DNA of 64,000 nt from Marsupella aquatica (lineage: Eukaryota; Plantae; Marchantiophyta), in NCBI GenBank assembly GCA_973895155.1, contig OZ316896.1, forward strand, positions 16,120,576 to 16,184,575, read 5' to 3'. Under the pieces are notes generated by a model. The model saw only the letters and a program-made list of their open reading frames with translations, did no database searches and was not told the origin of the DNA. Below, in pieces: positions 11,981-26,192 of the stretch; the stretch's first letter is position 1; each line of letters opens with the position of its first letter. Made by a program: the position numbers and the translations under genes.

Positions 11981-12609
11981 ATCTTTTCCTTTTTTGTTTT
12001 GGACCTCCCTTGTTGCACACTTGAAGCTTCCAAGCTGTTCCTCTTGGTTCCATTGCTTGTGCCACCCCCTATTTATCAAACACTATTTTGCACATACAAT
12101 AAGAGACCCCCTATTTATCAAACACTATTTTGCACATACAATAAGAGAATTGGTTGTGCCAACCCCTACCTAGAAAACTTTTGATTTTGCAGATACAATA
12201 AGCAAAAATTTAAATTTTTAGGGGCTCCGCCCCAAAATCCAACACAACACATCAATTCTAAAAATGTCTCCCATGGGCCGCCCCGCCGCCCACCGCTGGC
12301 CAATATCTTCCAAGCTGTTCCTCCTCTGTCCAGTGTCATATTCTCACCCGGGTGGATGGTCTCTGGTGGAAAAGGAAAAATGCCACCTTGGTTGGGGGGG
12401 GGCGATTATTGTAGAAATTTGTGGGTTGCAACAAGGGAGGCCAAGCAAGTGGGGTATAAAGCCCAATAACACAAAGGAATAAAATGGGTGGGAGTCTGGT
12501 GCAAATAGAGTCTTTTGGGCAGGGAGGGGAGGTCGGGGTGCAGTGGGCAAGGAAGGAGGGAGCGGCGAGGTGTAAGGAATATAATGAGTAGAGTGAGCAC
12601 CCATGGACG

Positions 12610-12728
12610 TGATGCGGTCATACCAGGGCTACTACACCAGATCCCATCAGAACTCTGCAGTTAAGCGCCTTTGGGCCGGAATAGTACTGGGATGGGTGAC
12701 CTCCCGGGAAGTCCCGGTGCCGCATCCA
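12610..12728 (+). rRNA. 5S rRNA: 5S rRNA, copy 17
   Basis: Same sequence as copy 1. Confidence 0.97.
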
Positions 12729-13357
12729 ATCTTTTCCTTTTTTGTTTTGGACCTCCCTTGTTGCACACTTGAAGCTTCCAAGCTGTTCCTCTTGGTTCCA
12801 TTGCTTGTGCCACCCCCTATTTATCAAACACTATTTTGCACATACAATAAGAGACCCCCTATTTATCAAACACTATTTTGCACATACAATAAGAGAATTG
12901 GTTGTGCCAACCCCTACCTAGAAAACTTTTGATTTTGCAGATACAATAAGCAAAAATTTAAATTTTTAGGGGCTCCGCCCCAAAATCCAACACAACACAT
13001 CAATTCTAAAAATGTCTCCCATGGGCCGCCCCGCCGCCCACCGCTGGCCAATATCTTCCAAGCTGTTCCTCCTCTGTCCAGTGTCATATTCTCACCCGGG
13101 TGGATGGTCTCTGGTGGAAAAGGAAAAATGCCACCTTGGTTGGGGGGGGGCGATTATTGTAGAAATTTGTGGGTTGCAACAAGGGAGGCCAAGCAAGTGG
13201 GGTATAAAGCCCAATAACACAAAGGAATAAAATGGGTGGGAGTCTGGTGCAAATAGAGTCTTTTGGGCAGGGAGGGGAGGTCGGGGTGCAGTGGGCAAGG
13301 AAGGAGGGAGCGGCGAGGTGTAAGGAATATAATGAGTAGAGTGAGCACCCATGGACG

Positions 13358-13476
13358 TGATGCGGTCATACCAGGGCTACTACACCAGATCCCATCAGAA
13401 CTCTGCAGTTAAGCGCCTTTGGGCCGGAATAGTACTGGGATGGGTGACCTCCCGGGAAGTCCCGGTGCCGCATCCA
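13358..13476 (+). rRNA. 5S rRNA: 5S rRNA, copy 18
   Basis: Same sequence as copy 1. Confidence 0.97.
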
Positions 13477-14105
13477 ATCTTTTCCTTTTTTGTTTTGGAC
13501 CTCCCTTGTTGCACACTTGAAGCTTCCAAGCTGTTCCTCTTGGTTCCATTGCTTGTGCCACCCCCTATTTATCAAACACTATTTTGCACATACAATAAGA
13601 GACCCCCTATTTATCAAACACTATTTTGCACATACAATAAGAGAATTGGTTGTGCCAACCCCTACCTAGAAAACTTTTGATTTTGCAGATACAATAAGCA
13701 AAAATTTAAATTTTTAGGGGCTCCGCCCCAAAATCCAACACAACACATCAATTCTAAAAATGTCTCCCATGGGCCGCCCCGCCGCCCACCGCTGGCCAAT
13801 ATCTTCCAAGCTGTTCCTCCTCTGTCCAGTGTCATATTCTCACCCGGGTGGATGGTCTCTGGTGGAAAAGGAAAAATGCCACCTTGGTTGGGGGGGGGCG
13901 ATTATTGTAGAAATTTGTGGGTTGCAACAAGGGAGGCCAAGCAAGTGGGGTATAAAGCCCAATAACACAAAGGAATAAAATGGGTGGGAGTCTGGTGCAA
14001 ATAGAGTCTTTTGGGCAGGGAGGGGAGGTCGGGGTGCAGTGGGCAAGGAAGGAGGGAGCGGCGAGGTGTAAGGAATATAATGAGTAGAGTGAGCACCCAT
14101 GGACG

Positions 14106-14224
14106 TGATGCGGTCATACCAGGGCTACTACACCAGATCCCATCAGAACTCTGCAGTTAAGCGCCTTTGGGCCGGAATAGTACTGGGATGGGTGACCTCC
14201 CGGGAAGTCCCGGTGCCGCATCCA
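14106..14224 (+). rRNA. 5S rRNA: 5S rRNA, copy 19
   Basis: Same sequence as copy 1. Confidence 0.97.
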
Positions 14225-14853
14225 ATCTTTTCCTTTTTTGTTTTGGACCTCCCTTGTTGCACACTTGAAGCTTCCAAGCTGTTCCTCTTGGTTCCATTGC
14301 TTGTGCCACCCCCTATTTATCAAACACTATTTTGCACATACAATAAGAGACCCCCTATTTATCAAACACTATTTTGCACATACAATAAGAGAATTGGTTG
14401 TGCCAACCCCTACCTAGAAAACTTTTGATTTTGCAGATACAATAAGCAAAAATTTAAATTTTTAGGGGCTCCGCCCCAAAATCCAACACAACACATCAAT
14501 TCTAAAAATGTCTCCCATGGGCCGCCCCGCCGCCCACCGCTGGCCAATATCTTCCAAGCTGTTCCTCCTCTGTCCAGTGTCATATTCTCACCCGGGTGGA
14601 TGGTCTCTGGTGGAAAAGGAAAAATGCCACCTTGGTTGGGGGGGGGCGATTATTGTAGAAATTTGTGGGTTGCAACAAGGGAGGCCAAGCAAGTGGGGTA
14701 TAAAGCCCAATAACACAAAGGAATAAAATGGGTGGGAGTCTGGTGCAAATAGAGTCTTTTGGGCAGGGAGGGGAGGTCGGGGTGCAGTGGGCAAGGAAGG
14801 AGGGAGCGGCGAGGTGTAAGGAATATAATGAGTAGAGTGAGCACCCATGGACG

Positions 14854-14972
14854 TGATGCGGTCATACCAGGGCTACTACACCAGATCCCATCAGAACTCT
14901 GCAGTTAAGCGCCTTTGGGCCGGAATAGTACTGGGATGGGTGACCTCCCGGGAAGTCCCGGTGCCGCATCCA
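14854..14972 (+). rRNA. 5S rRNA: 5S rRNA, copy 20
   Basis: Same sequence as copy 1. Confidence 0.97.
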
Positions 14973-15601
14973 ATCTTTTCCTTTTTTGTTTTGGACCTCC
15001 CTTGTTGCACACTTGAAGCTTCCAAGCTGTTCCTCTTGGTTCCATTGCTTGTGCCACCCCCTATTTATCAAACACTATTTTGCACATACAATAAGAGACC
15101 CCCTATTTATCAAACACTATTTTGCACATACAATAAGAGAATTGGTTGTGCCAACCCCTACCTAGAAAACTTTTGATTTTGCAGATACAATAAGCAAAAA
15201 TTTAAATTTTTAGGGGCTCCGCCCCAAAATCCAACACAACACATCAATTCTAAAAATGTCTCCCATGGGCCGCCCCGCCGCCCACCGCTGGCCAATATCT
15301 TCCAAGCTGTTCCTCCTCTGTCCAGTGTCATATTCTCACCCGGGTGGATGGTCTCTGGTGGAAAAGGAAAAATGCCACCTTGGTTGGGGGGGGGCGATTA
15401 TTGTAGAAATTTGTGGGTTGCAACAAGGGAGGCCAAGCAAGTGGGGTATAAAGCCCAATAACACAAAGGAATAAAATGGGTGGGAGTCTGGTGCAAATAG
15501 AGTCTTTTGGGCAGGGAGGGGAGGTCGGGGTGCAGTGGGCAAGGAAGGAGGGAGCGGCGAGGTGTAAGGAATATAATGAGTAGAGTGAGCACCCATGGAC
15601 G

Positions 15602-15720
15602 TGATGCGGTCATACCAGGGCTACTACACCAGATCCCATCAGAACTCTGCAGTTAAGCGCCTTTGGGCCGGAATAGTACTGGGATGGGTGACCTCCCGGG
15701 AAGTCCCGGTGCCGCATCCA
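15602..15720 (+). rRNA. 5S rRNA: 5S rRNA, copy 21
   Basis: Same sequence as copy 1. Confidence 0.97.
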
Positions 15721-16349
15721 ATCTTTTCCTTTTTTGTTTTGGACCTCCCTTGTTGCACACTTGAAGCTTCCAAGCTGTTCCTCTTGGTTCCATTGCTTGT
15801 GCCACCCCCTATTTATCAAACACTATTTTGCACATACAATAAGAGACCCCCTATTTATCAAACACTATTTTGCACATACAATAAGAGAATTGGTTGTGCC
15901 AACCCCTACCTAGAAAACTTTTGATTTTGCAGATACAATAAGCAAAAATTTAAATTTTTAGGGGCTCCGCCCCAAAATCCAACACAACACATCAATTCTA
16001 AAAATGTCTCCCATGGGCCGCCCCGCCGCCCACCGCTGGCCAATATCTTCCAAGCTGTTCCTCCTCTGTCCAGTGTCATATTCTCACCCGGGTGGATGGT
16101 CTCTGGTGGAAAAGGAAAAATGCCACCTTGGTTGGGGGGGGGCGATTATTGTAGAAATTTGTGGGTTGCAACAAGGGAGGCCAAGCAAGTGGGGTATAAA
16201 GCCCAATAACACAAAGGAATAAAATGGGTGGGAGTCTGGTGCAAATAGAGTCTTTTGGGCAGGGAGGGGAGGTCGGGGTGCAGTGGGCAAGGAAGGAGGG
16301 AGCGGCGAGGTGTAAGGAATATAATGAGTAGAGTGAGCACCCATGGACG

Positions 16350-16468
16350 TGATGCGGTCATACCAGGGCTACTACACCAGATCCCATCAGAACTCTGCAG
16401 TTAAGCGCCTTTGGGCCGGAATAGTACTGGGATGGGTGACCTCCCGGGAAGTCCCGGTGCCGCATCCA
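16350..16468 (+). rRNA. 5S rRNA: 5S rRNA, copy 22
   Basis: Same sequence as copy 1. Confidence 0.97.
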
Positions 16469-17097
16469 ATCTTTTCCTTTTTTGTTTTGGACCTCCCTTG
16501 TTGCACACTTGAAGCTTCCAAGCTGTTCCTCTTGGTTCCATTGCTTGTGCCACCCCCTATTTATCAAACACTATTTTGCACATACAATAAGAGACCCCCT
16601 ATTTATCAAACACTATTTTGCACATACAATAAGAGAATTGGTTGTGCCAACCCCTACCTAGAAAACTTTTGATTTTGCAGATACAATAAGCAAAAATTTA
16701 AATTTTTAGGGGCTCCGCCCCAAAATCCAACACAACACATCAATTCTAAAAATGTCTCCCATGGGCCGCCCCGCCGCCCACCGCTGGCCAATATCTTCCA
16801 AGCTGTTCCTCCTCTGTCCAGTGTCATATTCTCACCCGGGTGGATGGTCTCTGGTGGAAAAGGAAAAATGCCACCTTGGTTGGGGGGGGGCGATTATTGT
16901 AGAAATTTGTGGGTTGCAACAAGGGAGGCCAAGCAAGTGGGGTATAAAGCCCAATAACACAAAGGAATAAAATGGGTGGGAGTCTGGTGCAAATAGAGTC
17001 TTTTGGGCAGGGAGGGGAGGTCGGGGTGCAGTGGGCAAGGAAGGAGGGAGCGGCGAGGTGTAAGGAATATAATGAGTAGAGTGAGCACCCATGGACG

Positions 17098-17216
17098 TGA
17101 TGCGGTCATACCAGGGCTACTACACCAGATCCCATCAGAACTCTGCAGTTAAGCGCCTTTGGGCCGGAATAGTACTGGGATGGGTGACCTCCCGGGAAGT
17201 CCCGGTGCCGCATCCA
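17098..17216 (+). rRNA. 5S rRNA: 5S rRNA, copy 23
   Basis: Same sequence as copy 1. Confidence 0.97.
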
Positions 17217-17845
17217 ATCTTTTCCTTTTTTGTTTTGGACCTCCCTTGTTGCACACTTGAAGCTTCCAAGCTGTTCCTCTTGGTTCCATTGCTTGTGCCA
17301 CCCCCTATTTATCAAACACTATTTTGCACATACAATAAGAGACCCCCTATTTATCAAACACTATTTTGCACATACAATAAGAGAATTGGTTGTGCCAACC
17401 CCTACCTAGAAAACTTTTGATTTTGCAGATACAATAAGCAAAAATTTAAATTTTTAGGGGCTCCGCCCCAAAATCCAACACAACACATCAATTCTAAAAA
17501 TGTCTCCCATGGGCCGCCCCGCCGCCCACCGCTGGCCAATATCTTCCAAGCTGTTCCTCCTCTGTCCAGTGTCATATTCTCACCCGGGTGGATGGTCTCT
17601 GGTGGAAAAGGAAAAATGCCACCTTGGTTGGGGGGGGGCGATTATTGTAGAAATTTGTGGGTTGCAACAAGGGAGGCCAAGCAAGTGGGGTATAAAGCCC
17701 AATAACACAAAGGAATAAAATGGGTGGGAGTCTGGTGCAAATAGAGTCTTTTGGGCAGGGAGGGGAGGTCGGGGTGCAGTGGGCAAGGAAGGAGGGAGCG
17801 GCGAGGTGTAAGGAATATAATGAGTAGAGTGAGCACCCATGGACG

Positions 17846-17964
17846 TGATGCGGTCATACCAGGGCTACTACACCAGATCCCATCAGAACTCTGCAGTTAA
17901 GCGCCTTTGGGCCGGAATAGTACTGGGATGGGTGACCTCCCGGGAAGTCCCGGTGCCGCATCCA
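17846..17964 (+). rRNA. 5S rRNA: 5S rRNA, copy 24
   Basis: Same sequence as copy 1. Confidence 0.97.
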
Positions 17965-18593
17965 ATCTTTTCCTTTTTTGTTTTGGACCTCCCTTGTTGC
18001 ACACTTGAAGCTTCCAAGCTGTTCCTCTTGGTTCCATTGCTTGTGCCACCCCCTATTTATCAAACACTATTTTGCACATACAATAAGAGACCCCCTATTT
18101 ATCAAACACTATTTTGCACATACAATAAGAGAATTGGTTGTGCCAACCCCTACCTAGAAAACTTTTGATTTTGCAGATACAATAAGCAAAAATTTAAATT
18201 TTTAGGGGCTCCGCCCCAAAATCCAACACAACACATCAATTCTAAAAATGTCTCCCATGGGCCGCCCCGCCGCCCACCGCTGGCCAATATCTTCCAAGCT
18301 GTTCCTCCTCTGTCCAGTGTCATATTCTCACCCGGGTGGATGGTCTCTGGTGGAAAAGGAAAAATGCCACCTTGGTTGGGGGGGGGCGATTATTGTAGAA
18401 ATTTGTGGGTTGCAACAAGGGAGGCCAAGCAAGTGGGGTATAAAGCCCAATAACACAAAGGAATAAAATGGGTGGGAGTCTGGTGCAAATAGAGTCTTTT
18501 GGGCAGGGAGGGGAGGTCGGGGTGCAGTGGGCAAGGAAGGAGGGAGCGGCGAGGTGTAAGGAATATAATGAGTAGAGTGAGCACCCATGGACG

Positions 18594-18712
18594 TGATGCG
18601 GTCATACCAGGGCTACTACACCAGATCCCATCAGAACTCTGCAGTTAAGCGCCTTTGGGCCGGAATAGTACTGGGATGGGTGACCTCCCGGGAAGTCCCG
18701 GTGCCGCATCCA
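18594..18712 (+). rRNA. 5S rRNA: 5S rRNA, copy 25
   Basis: Same sequence as copy 1. Confidence 0.97.
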
Positions 18713-19341
18713 ATCTTTTCCTTTTTTGTTTTGGACCTCCCTTGTTGCACACTTGAAGCTTCCAAGCTGTTCCTCTTGGTTCCATTGCTTGTGCCACCCC
18801 CTATTTATCAAACACTATTTTGCACATACAATAAGAGACCCCCTATTTATCAAACACTATTTTGCACATACAATAAGAGAATTGGTTGTGCCAACCCCTA
18901 CCTAGAAAACTTTTGATTTTGCAGATACAATAAGCAAAAATTTAAATTTTTAGGGGCTCCGCCCCAAAATCCAACACAACACATCAATTCTAAAAATGTC
19001 TCCCATGGGCCGCCCCGCCGCCCACCGCTGGCCAATATCTTCCAAGCTGTTCCTCCTCTGTCCAGTGTCATATTCTCACCCGGGTGGATGGTCTCTGGTG
19101 GAAAAGGAAAAATGCCACCTTGGTTGGGGGGGGGCGATTATTGTAGAAATTTGTGGGTTGCAACAAGGGAGGCCAAGCAAGTGGGGTATAAAGCCCAATA
19201 ACACAAAGGAATAAAATGGGTGGGAGTCTGGTGCAAATAGAGTCTTTTGGGCAGGGAGGGGAGGTCGGGGTGCAGTGGGCAAGGAAGGAGGGAGCGGCGA
19301 GGTGTAAGGAATATAATGAGTAGAGTGAGCACCCATGGACG

Positions 19342-19460
19342 TGATGCGGTCATACCAGGGCTACTACACCAGATCCCATCAGAACTCTGCAGTTAAGCGC
19401 CTTTGGGCCGGAATAGTACTGGGATGGGTGACCTCCCGGGAAGTCCCGGTGCCGCATCCA
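19342..19460 (+). rRNA. 5S rRNA: 5S rRNA, copy 26
   Basis: Same sequence as copy 1. Confidence 0.97.
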
Positions 19461-20089
19461 ATCTTTTCCTTTTTTGTTTTGGACCTCCCTTGTTGCACAC
19501 TTGAAGCTTCCAAGCTGTTCCTCTTGGTTCCATTGCTTGTGCCACCCCCTATTTATCAAACACTATTTTGCACATACAATAAGAGACCCCCTATTTATCA
19601 AACACTATTTTGCACATACAATAAGAGAATTGGTTGTGCCAACCCCTACCTAGAAAACTTTTGATTTTGCAGATACAATAAGCAAAAATTTAAATTTTTA
19701 GGGGCTCCGCCCCAAAATCCAACACAACACATCAATTCTAAAAATGTCTCCCATGGGCCGCCCCGCCGCCCACCGCTGGCCAATATCTTCCAAGCTGTTC
19801 CTCCTCTGTCCAGTGTCATATTCTCACCCGGGTGGATGGTCTCTGGTGGAAAAGGAAAAATGCCACCTTGGTTGGGGGGGGGCGATTATTGTAGAAATTT
19901 GTGGGTTGCAACAAGGGAGGCCAAGCAAGTGGGGTATAAAGCCCAATAACACAAAGGAATAAAATGGGTGGGAGTCTGGTGCAAATAGAGTCTTTTGGGC
20001 AGGGAGGGGAGGTCGGGGTGCAGTGGGCAAGGAAGGAGGGAGCGGCGAGGTGTAAGGAATATAATGAGTAGAGTGAGCACCCATGGACG

Positions 20090-20208
20090 TGATGCGGTCA
20101 TACCAGGGCTACTACACCAGATCCCATCAGAACTCTGCAGTTAAGCGCCTTTGGGCCGGAATAGTACTGGGATGGGTGACCTCCCGGGAAGTCCCGGTGC
20201 CGCATCCA
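20090..20208 (+). rRNA. 5S rRNA: 5S rRNA, copy 27
   Basis: Same sequence as copy 1. Confidence 0.97.
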
Positions 20209-20837
20209 ATCTTTTCCTTTTTTGTTTTGGACCTCCCTTGTTGCACACTTGAAGCTTCCAAGCTGTTCCTCTTGGTTCCATTGCTTGTGCCACCCCCTAT
20301 TTATCAAACACTATTTTGCACATACAATAAGAGACCCCCTATTTATCAAACACTATTTTGCACATACAATAAGAGAATTGGTTGTGCCAACCCCTACCTA
20401 GAAAACTTTTGATTTTGCAGATACAATAAGCAAAAATTTAAATTTTTAGGGGCTCCGCCCCAAAATCCAACACAACACATCAATTCTAAAAATGTCTCCC
20501 ATGGGCCGCCCCGCCGCCCACCGCTGGCCAATATCTTCCAAGCTGTTCCTCCTCTGTCCAGTGTCATATTCTCACCCGGGTGGATGGTCTCTGGTGGAAA
20601 AGGAAAAATGCCACCTTGGTTGGGGGGGGGCGATTATTGTAGAAATTTGTGGGTTGCAACAAGGGAGGCCAAGCAAGTGGGGTATAAAGCCCAATAACAC
20701 AAAGGAATAAAATGGGTGGGAGTCTGGTGCAAATAGAGTCTTTTGGGCAGGGAGGGGAGGTCGGGGTGCAGTGGGCAAGGAAGGAGGGAGCGGCGAGGTG
20801 TAAGGAATATAATGAGTAGAGTGAGCACCCATGGACG

Positions 20838-20956
20838 TGATGCGGTCATACCAGGGCTACTACACCAGATCCCATCAGAACTCTGCAGTTAAGCGCCTTT
20901 GGGCCGGAATAGTACTGGGATGGGTGACCTCCCGGGAAGTCCCGGTGCCGCATCCA
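20838..20956 (+). rRNA. 5S rRNA: 5S rRNA, copy 28
   Basis: Same sequence as copy 1. Confidence 0.97.
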
Positions 20957-21585
20957 ATCTTTTCCTTTTTTGTTTTGGACCTCCCTTGTTGCACACTTGA
21001 AGCTTCCAAGCTGTTCCTCTTGGTTCCATTGCTTGTGCCACCCCCTATTTATCAAACACTATTTTGCACATACAATAAGAGACCCCCTATTTATCAAACA
21101 CTATTTTGCACATACAATAAGAGAATTGGTTGTGCCAACCCCTACCTAGAAAACTTTTGATTTTGCAGATACAATAAGCAAAAATTTAAATTTTTAGGGG
21201 CTCCGCCCCAAAATCCAACACAACACATCAATTCTAAAAATGTCTCCCATGGGCCGCCCCGCCGCCCACCGCTGGCCAATATCTTCCAAGCTGTTCCTCC
21301 TCTGTCCAGTGTCATATTCTCACCCGGGTGGATGGTCTCTGGTGGAAAAGGAAAAATGCCACCTTGGTTGGGGGGGGGCGATTATTGTAGAAATTTGTGG
21401 GTTGCAACAAGGGAGGCCAAGCAAGTGGGGTATAAAGCCCAATAACACAAAGGAATAAAATGGGTGGGAGTCTGGTGCAAATAGAGTCTTTTGGGCAGGG
21501 AGGGGAGGTCGGGGTGCAGTGGGCAAGGAAGGAGGGAGCGGCGAGGTGTAAGGAATATAATGAGTAGAGTGAGCACCCATGGACG

Positions 21586-21704
21586 TGATGCGGTCATACC
21601 AGGGCTACTACACCAGATCCCATCAGAACTCTGCAGTTAAGCGCCTTTGGGCCGGAATAGTACTGGGATGGGTGACCTCCCGGGAAGTCCCGGTGCCGCA
21701 TCCA
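21586..21704 (+). rRNA. 5S rRNA: 5S rRNA, copy 29
   Basis: Same sequence as copy 1. Confidence 0.97.
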
Positions 21705-22333
21705 ATCTTTTCCTTTTTTGTTTTGGACCTCCCTTGTTGCACACTTGAAGCTTCCAAGCTGTTCCTCTTGGTTCCATTGCTTGTGCCACCCCCTATTTAT
21801 CAAACACTATTTTGCACATACAATAAGAGACCCCCTATTTATCAAACACTATTTTGCACATACAATAAGAGAATTGGTTGTGCCAACCCCTACCTAGAAA
21901 ACTTTTGATTTTGCAGATACAATAAGCAAAAATTTAAATTTTTAGGGGCTCCGCCCCAAAATCCAACACAACACATCAATTCTAAAAATGTCTCCCATGG
22001 GCCGCCCCGCCGCCCACCGCTGGCCAATATCTTCCAAGCTGTTCCTCCTCTGTCCAGTGTCATATTCTCACCCGGGTGGATGGTCTCTGGTGGAAAAGGA
22101 AAAATGCCACCTTGGTTGGGGGGGGGCGATTATTGTAGAAATTTGTGGGTTGCAACAAGGGAGGCCAAGCAAGTGGGGTATAAAGCCCAATAACACAAAG
22201 GAATAAAATGGGTGGGAGTCTGGTGCAAATAGAGTCTTTTGGGCAGGGAGGGGAGGTCGGGGTGCAGTGGGCAAGGAAGGAGGGAGCGGCGAGGTGTAAG
22301 GAATATAATGAGTAGAGTGAGCACCCATGGACG

Positions 22334-22452
22334 TGATGCGGTCATACCAGGGCTACTACACCAGATCCCATCAGAACTCTGCAGTTAAGCGCCTTTGGGC
22401 CGGAATAGTACTGGGATGGGTGACCTCCCGGGAAGTCCCGGTGCCGCATCCA
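22334..22452 (+). rRNA. 5S rRNA: 5S rRNA, copy 30
   Basis: Same sequence as copy 1. Confidence 0.97.
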
Positions 22453-23081
22453 ATCTTTTCCTTTTTTGTTTTGGACCTCCCTTGTTGCACACTTGAAGCT
22501 TCCAAGCTGTTCCTCTTGGTTCCATTGCTTGTGCCACCCCCTATTTATCAAACACTATTTTGCACATACAATAAGAGACCCCCTATTTATCAAACACTAT
22601 TTTGCACATACAATAAGAGAATTGGTTGTGCCAACCCCTACCTAGAAAACTTTTGATTTTGCAGATACAATAAGCAAAAATTTAAATTTTTAGGGGCTCC
22701 GCCCCAAAATCCAACACAACACATCAATTCTAAAAATGTCTCCCATGGGCCGCCCCGCCGCCCACCGCTGGCCAATATCTTCCAAGCTGTTCCTCCTCTG
22801 TCCAGTGTCATATTCTCACCCGGGTGGATGGTCTCTGGTGGAAAAGGAAAAATGCCACCTTGGTTGGGGGGGGGCGATTATTGTAGAAATTTGTGGGTTG
22901 CAACAAGGGAGGCCAAGCAAGTGGGGTATAAAGCCCAATAACACAAAGGAATAAAATGGGTGGGAGTCTGGTGCAAATAGAGTCTTTTGGGCAGGGAGGG
23001 GAGGTCGGGGTGCAGTGGGCAAGGAAGGAGGGAGCGGCGAGGTGTAAGGAATATAATGAGTAGAGTGAGCACCCATGGACG

Positions 23082-23200
23082 TGATGCGGTCATACCAGGG
23101 CTACTACACCAGATCCCATCAGAACTCTGCAGTTAAGCGCCTTTGGGCCGGAATAGTACTGGGATGGGTGACCTCCCGGGAAGTCCCGGTGCCGCATCCA
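23082..23200 (+). rRNA. 5S rRNA: 5S rRNA, copy 31
   Basis: Same sequence as copy 1. Confidence 0.97.
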
Positions 23201-23829
23201 ATCTTTTCCTTTTTTGTTTTGGACCTCCCTTGTTGCACACTTGAAGCTTCCAAGCTGTTCCTCTTGGTTCCATTGCTTGTGCCACCCCCTATTTATCAAA
23301 CACTATTTTGCACATACAATAAGAGACCCCCTATTTATCAAACACTATTTTGCACATACAATAAGAGAATTGGTTGTGCCAACCCCTACCTAGAAAACTT
23401 TTGATTTTGCAGATACAATAAGCAAAAATTTAAATTTTTAGGGGCTCCGCCCCAAAATCCAACACAACACATCAATTCTAAAAATGTCTCCCATGGGCCG
23501 CCCCGCCGCCCACCGCTGGCCAATATCTTCCAAGCTGTTCCTCCTCTGTCCAGTGTCATATTCTCACCCGGGTGGATGGTCTCTGGTGGAAAAGGAAAAA
23601 TGCCACCTTGGTTGGGGGGGGGCGATTATTGTAGAAATTTGTGGGTTGCAACAAGGGAGGCCAAGCAAGTGGGGTATAAAGCCCAATAACACAAAGGAAT
23701 AAAATGGGTGGGAGTCTGGTGCAAATAGAGTCTTTTGGGCAGGGAGGGGAGGTCGGGGTGCAGTGGGCAAGGAAGGAGGGAGCGGCGAGGTGTAAGGAAT
23801 ATAATGAGTAGAGTGAGCACCCATGGACG

Positions 23830-23948
23830 TGATGCGGTCATACCAGGGCTACTACACCAGATCCCATCAGAACTCTGCAGTTAAGCGCCTTTGGGCCGGA
23901 ATAGTACTGGGATGGGTGACCTCCCGGGAAGTCCCGGTGCCGCATCCA
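23830..23948 (+). rRNA. 5S rRNA: 5S rRNA, copy 32
   Basis: Same sequence as copy 1. Confidence 0.97.
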
Positions 23949-24577
23949 ATCTTTTCCTTTTTTGTTTTGGACCTCCCTTGTTGCACACTTGAAGCTTCCA
24001 AGCTGTTCCTCTTGGTTCCATTGCTTGTGCCACCCCCTATTTATCAAACACTATTTTGCACATACAATAAGAGACCCCCTATTTATCAAACACTATTTTG
24101 CACATACAATAAGAGAATTGGTTGTGCCAACCCCTACCTAGAAAACTTTTGATTTTGCAGATACAATAAGCAAAAATTTAAATTTTTAGGGGCTCCGCCC
24201 CAAAATCCAACACAACACATCAATTCTAAAAATGTCTCCCATGGGCCGCCCCGCCGCCCACCGCTGGCCAATATCTTCCAAGCTGTTCCTCCTCTGTCCA
24301 GTGTCATATTCTCACCCGGGTGGATGGTCTCTGGTGGAAAAGGAAAAATGCCACCTTGGTTGGGGGGGGGCGATTATTGTAGAAATTTGTGGGTTGCAAC
24401 AAGGGAGGCCAAGCAAGTGGGGTATAAAGCCCAATAACACAAAGGAATAAAATGGGTGGGAGTCTGGTGCAAATAGAGTCTTTTGGGCAGGGAGGGGAGG
24501 TCGGGGTGCAGTGGGCAAGGAAGGAGGGAGCGGCGAGGTGTAAGGAATATAATGAGTAGAGTGAGCACCCATGGACG

Positions 24578-24696
24578 TGATGCGGTCATACCAGGGCTAC
24601 TACACCAGATCCCATCAGAACTCTGCAGTTAAGCGCCTTTGGGCCGGAATAGTACTGGGATGGGTGACCTCCCGGGAAGTCCCGGTGCCGCATCCA
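24578..24696 (+). rRNA. 5S rRNA: 5S rRNA, copy 33
   Basis: Same sequence as copy 1. Confidence 0.97.
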
Positions 24697-25325
24697 ATCT
24701 TTTCCTTTTTTGTTTTGGACCTCCCTTGTTGCACACTTGAAGCTTCCAAGCTGTTCCTCTTGGTTCCATTGCTTGTGCCACCCCCTATTTATCAAACACT
24801 ATTTTGCACATACAATAAGAGACCCCCTATTTATCAAACACTATTTTGCACATACAATAAGAGAATTGGTTGTGCCAACCCCTACCTAGAAAACTTTTGA
24901 TTTTGCAGATACAATAAGCAAAAATTTAAATTTTTAGGGGCTCCGCCCCAAAATCCAACACAACACATCAATTCTAAAAATGTCTCCCATGGGCCGCCCC
25001 GCCGCCCACCGCTGGCCAATATCTTCCAAGCTGTTCCTCCTCTGTCCAGTGTCATATTCTCACCCGGGTGGATGGTCTCTGGTGGAAAAGGAAAAATGCC
25101 ACCTTGGTTGGGGGGGGGCGATTATTGTAGAAATTTGTGGGTTGCAACAAGGGAGGCCAAGCAAGTGGGGTATAAAGCCCAATAACACAAAGGAATAAAA
25201 TGGGTGGGAGTCTGGTGCAAATAGAGTCTTTTGGGCAGGGAGGGGAGGTCGGGGTGCAGTGGGCAAGGAAGGAGGGAGCGGCGAGGTGTAAGGAATATAA
25301 TGAGTAGAGTGAGCACCCATGGACG

Positions 25326-25444
25326 TGATGCGGTCATACCAGGGCTACTACACCAGATCCCATCAGAACTCTGCAGTTAAGCGCCTTTGGGCCGGAATAG
25401 TACTGGGATGGGTGACCTCCCGGGAAGTCCCGGTGCCGCATCCA
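25326..25444 (+). rRNA. 5S rRNA: 5S rRNA, copy 34
   Basis: Same sequence as copy 1. Confidence 0.97.
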
Positions 25445-26073
25445 ATCTTTTCCTTTTTTGTTTTGGACCTCCCTTGTTGCACACTTGAAGCTTCCAAGCT
25501 GTTCCTCTTGGTTCCATTGCTTGTGCCACCCCCTATTTATCAAACACTATTTTGCACATACAATAAGAGACCCCCTATTTATCAAACACTATTTTGCACA
25601 TACAATAAGAGAATTGGTTGTGCCAACCCCTACCTAGAAAACTTTTGATTTTGCAGATACAATAAGCAAAAATTTAAATTTTTAGGGGCTCCGCCCCAAA
25701 ATCCAACACAACACATCAATTCTAAAAATGTCTCCCATGGGCCGCCCCGCCGCCCACCGCTGGCCAATATCTTCCAAGCTGTTCCTCCTCTGTCCAGTGT
25801 CATATTCTCACCCGGGTGGATGGTCTCTGGTGGAAAAGGAAAAATGCCACCTTGGTTGGGGGGGGGCGATTATTGTAGAAATTTGTGGGTTGCAACAAGG
25901 GAGGCCAAGCAAGTGGGGTATAAAGCCCAATAACACAAAGGAATAAAATGGGTGGGAGTCTGGTGCAAATAGAGTCTTTTGGGCAGGGAGGGGAGGTCGG
26001 GGTGCAGTGGGCAAGGAAGGAGGGAGCGGCGAGGTGTAAGGAATATAATGAGTAGAGTGAGCACCCATGGACG

Positions 26074-26192
26074 TGATGCGGTCATACCAGGGCTACTACA
26101 CCAGATCCCATCAGAACTCTGCAGTTAAGCGCCTTTGGGCCGGAATAGTACTGGGATGGGTGACCTCCCGGGAAGTCCCGGTGCCGCATCCA
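26074..26192 (+). rRNA. 5S rRNA: 5S rRNA, copy 35
   Basis: Same sequence as copy 1. Confidence 0.97.
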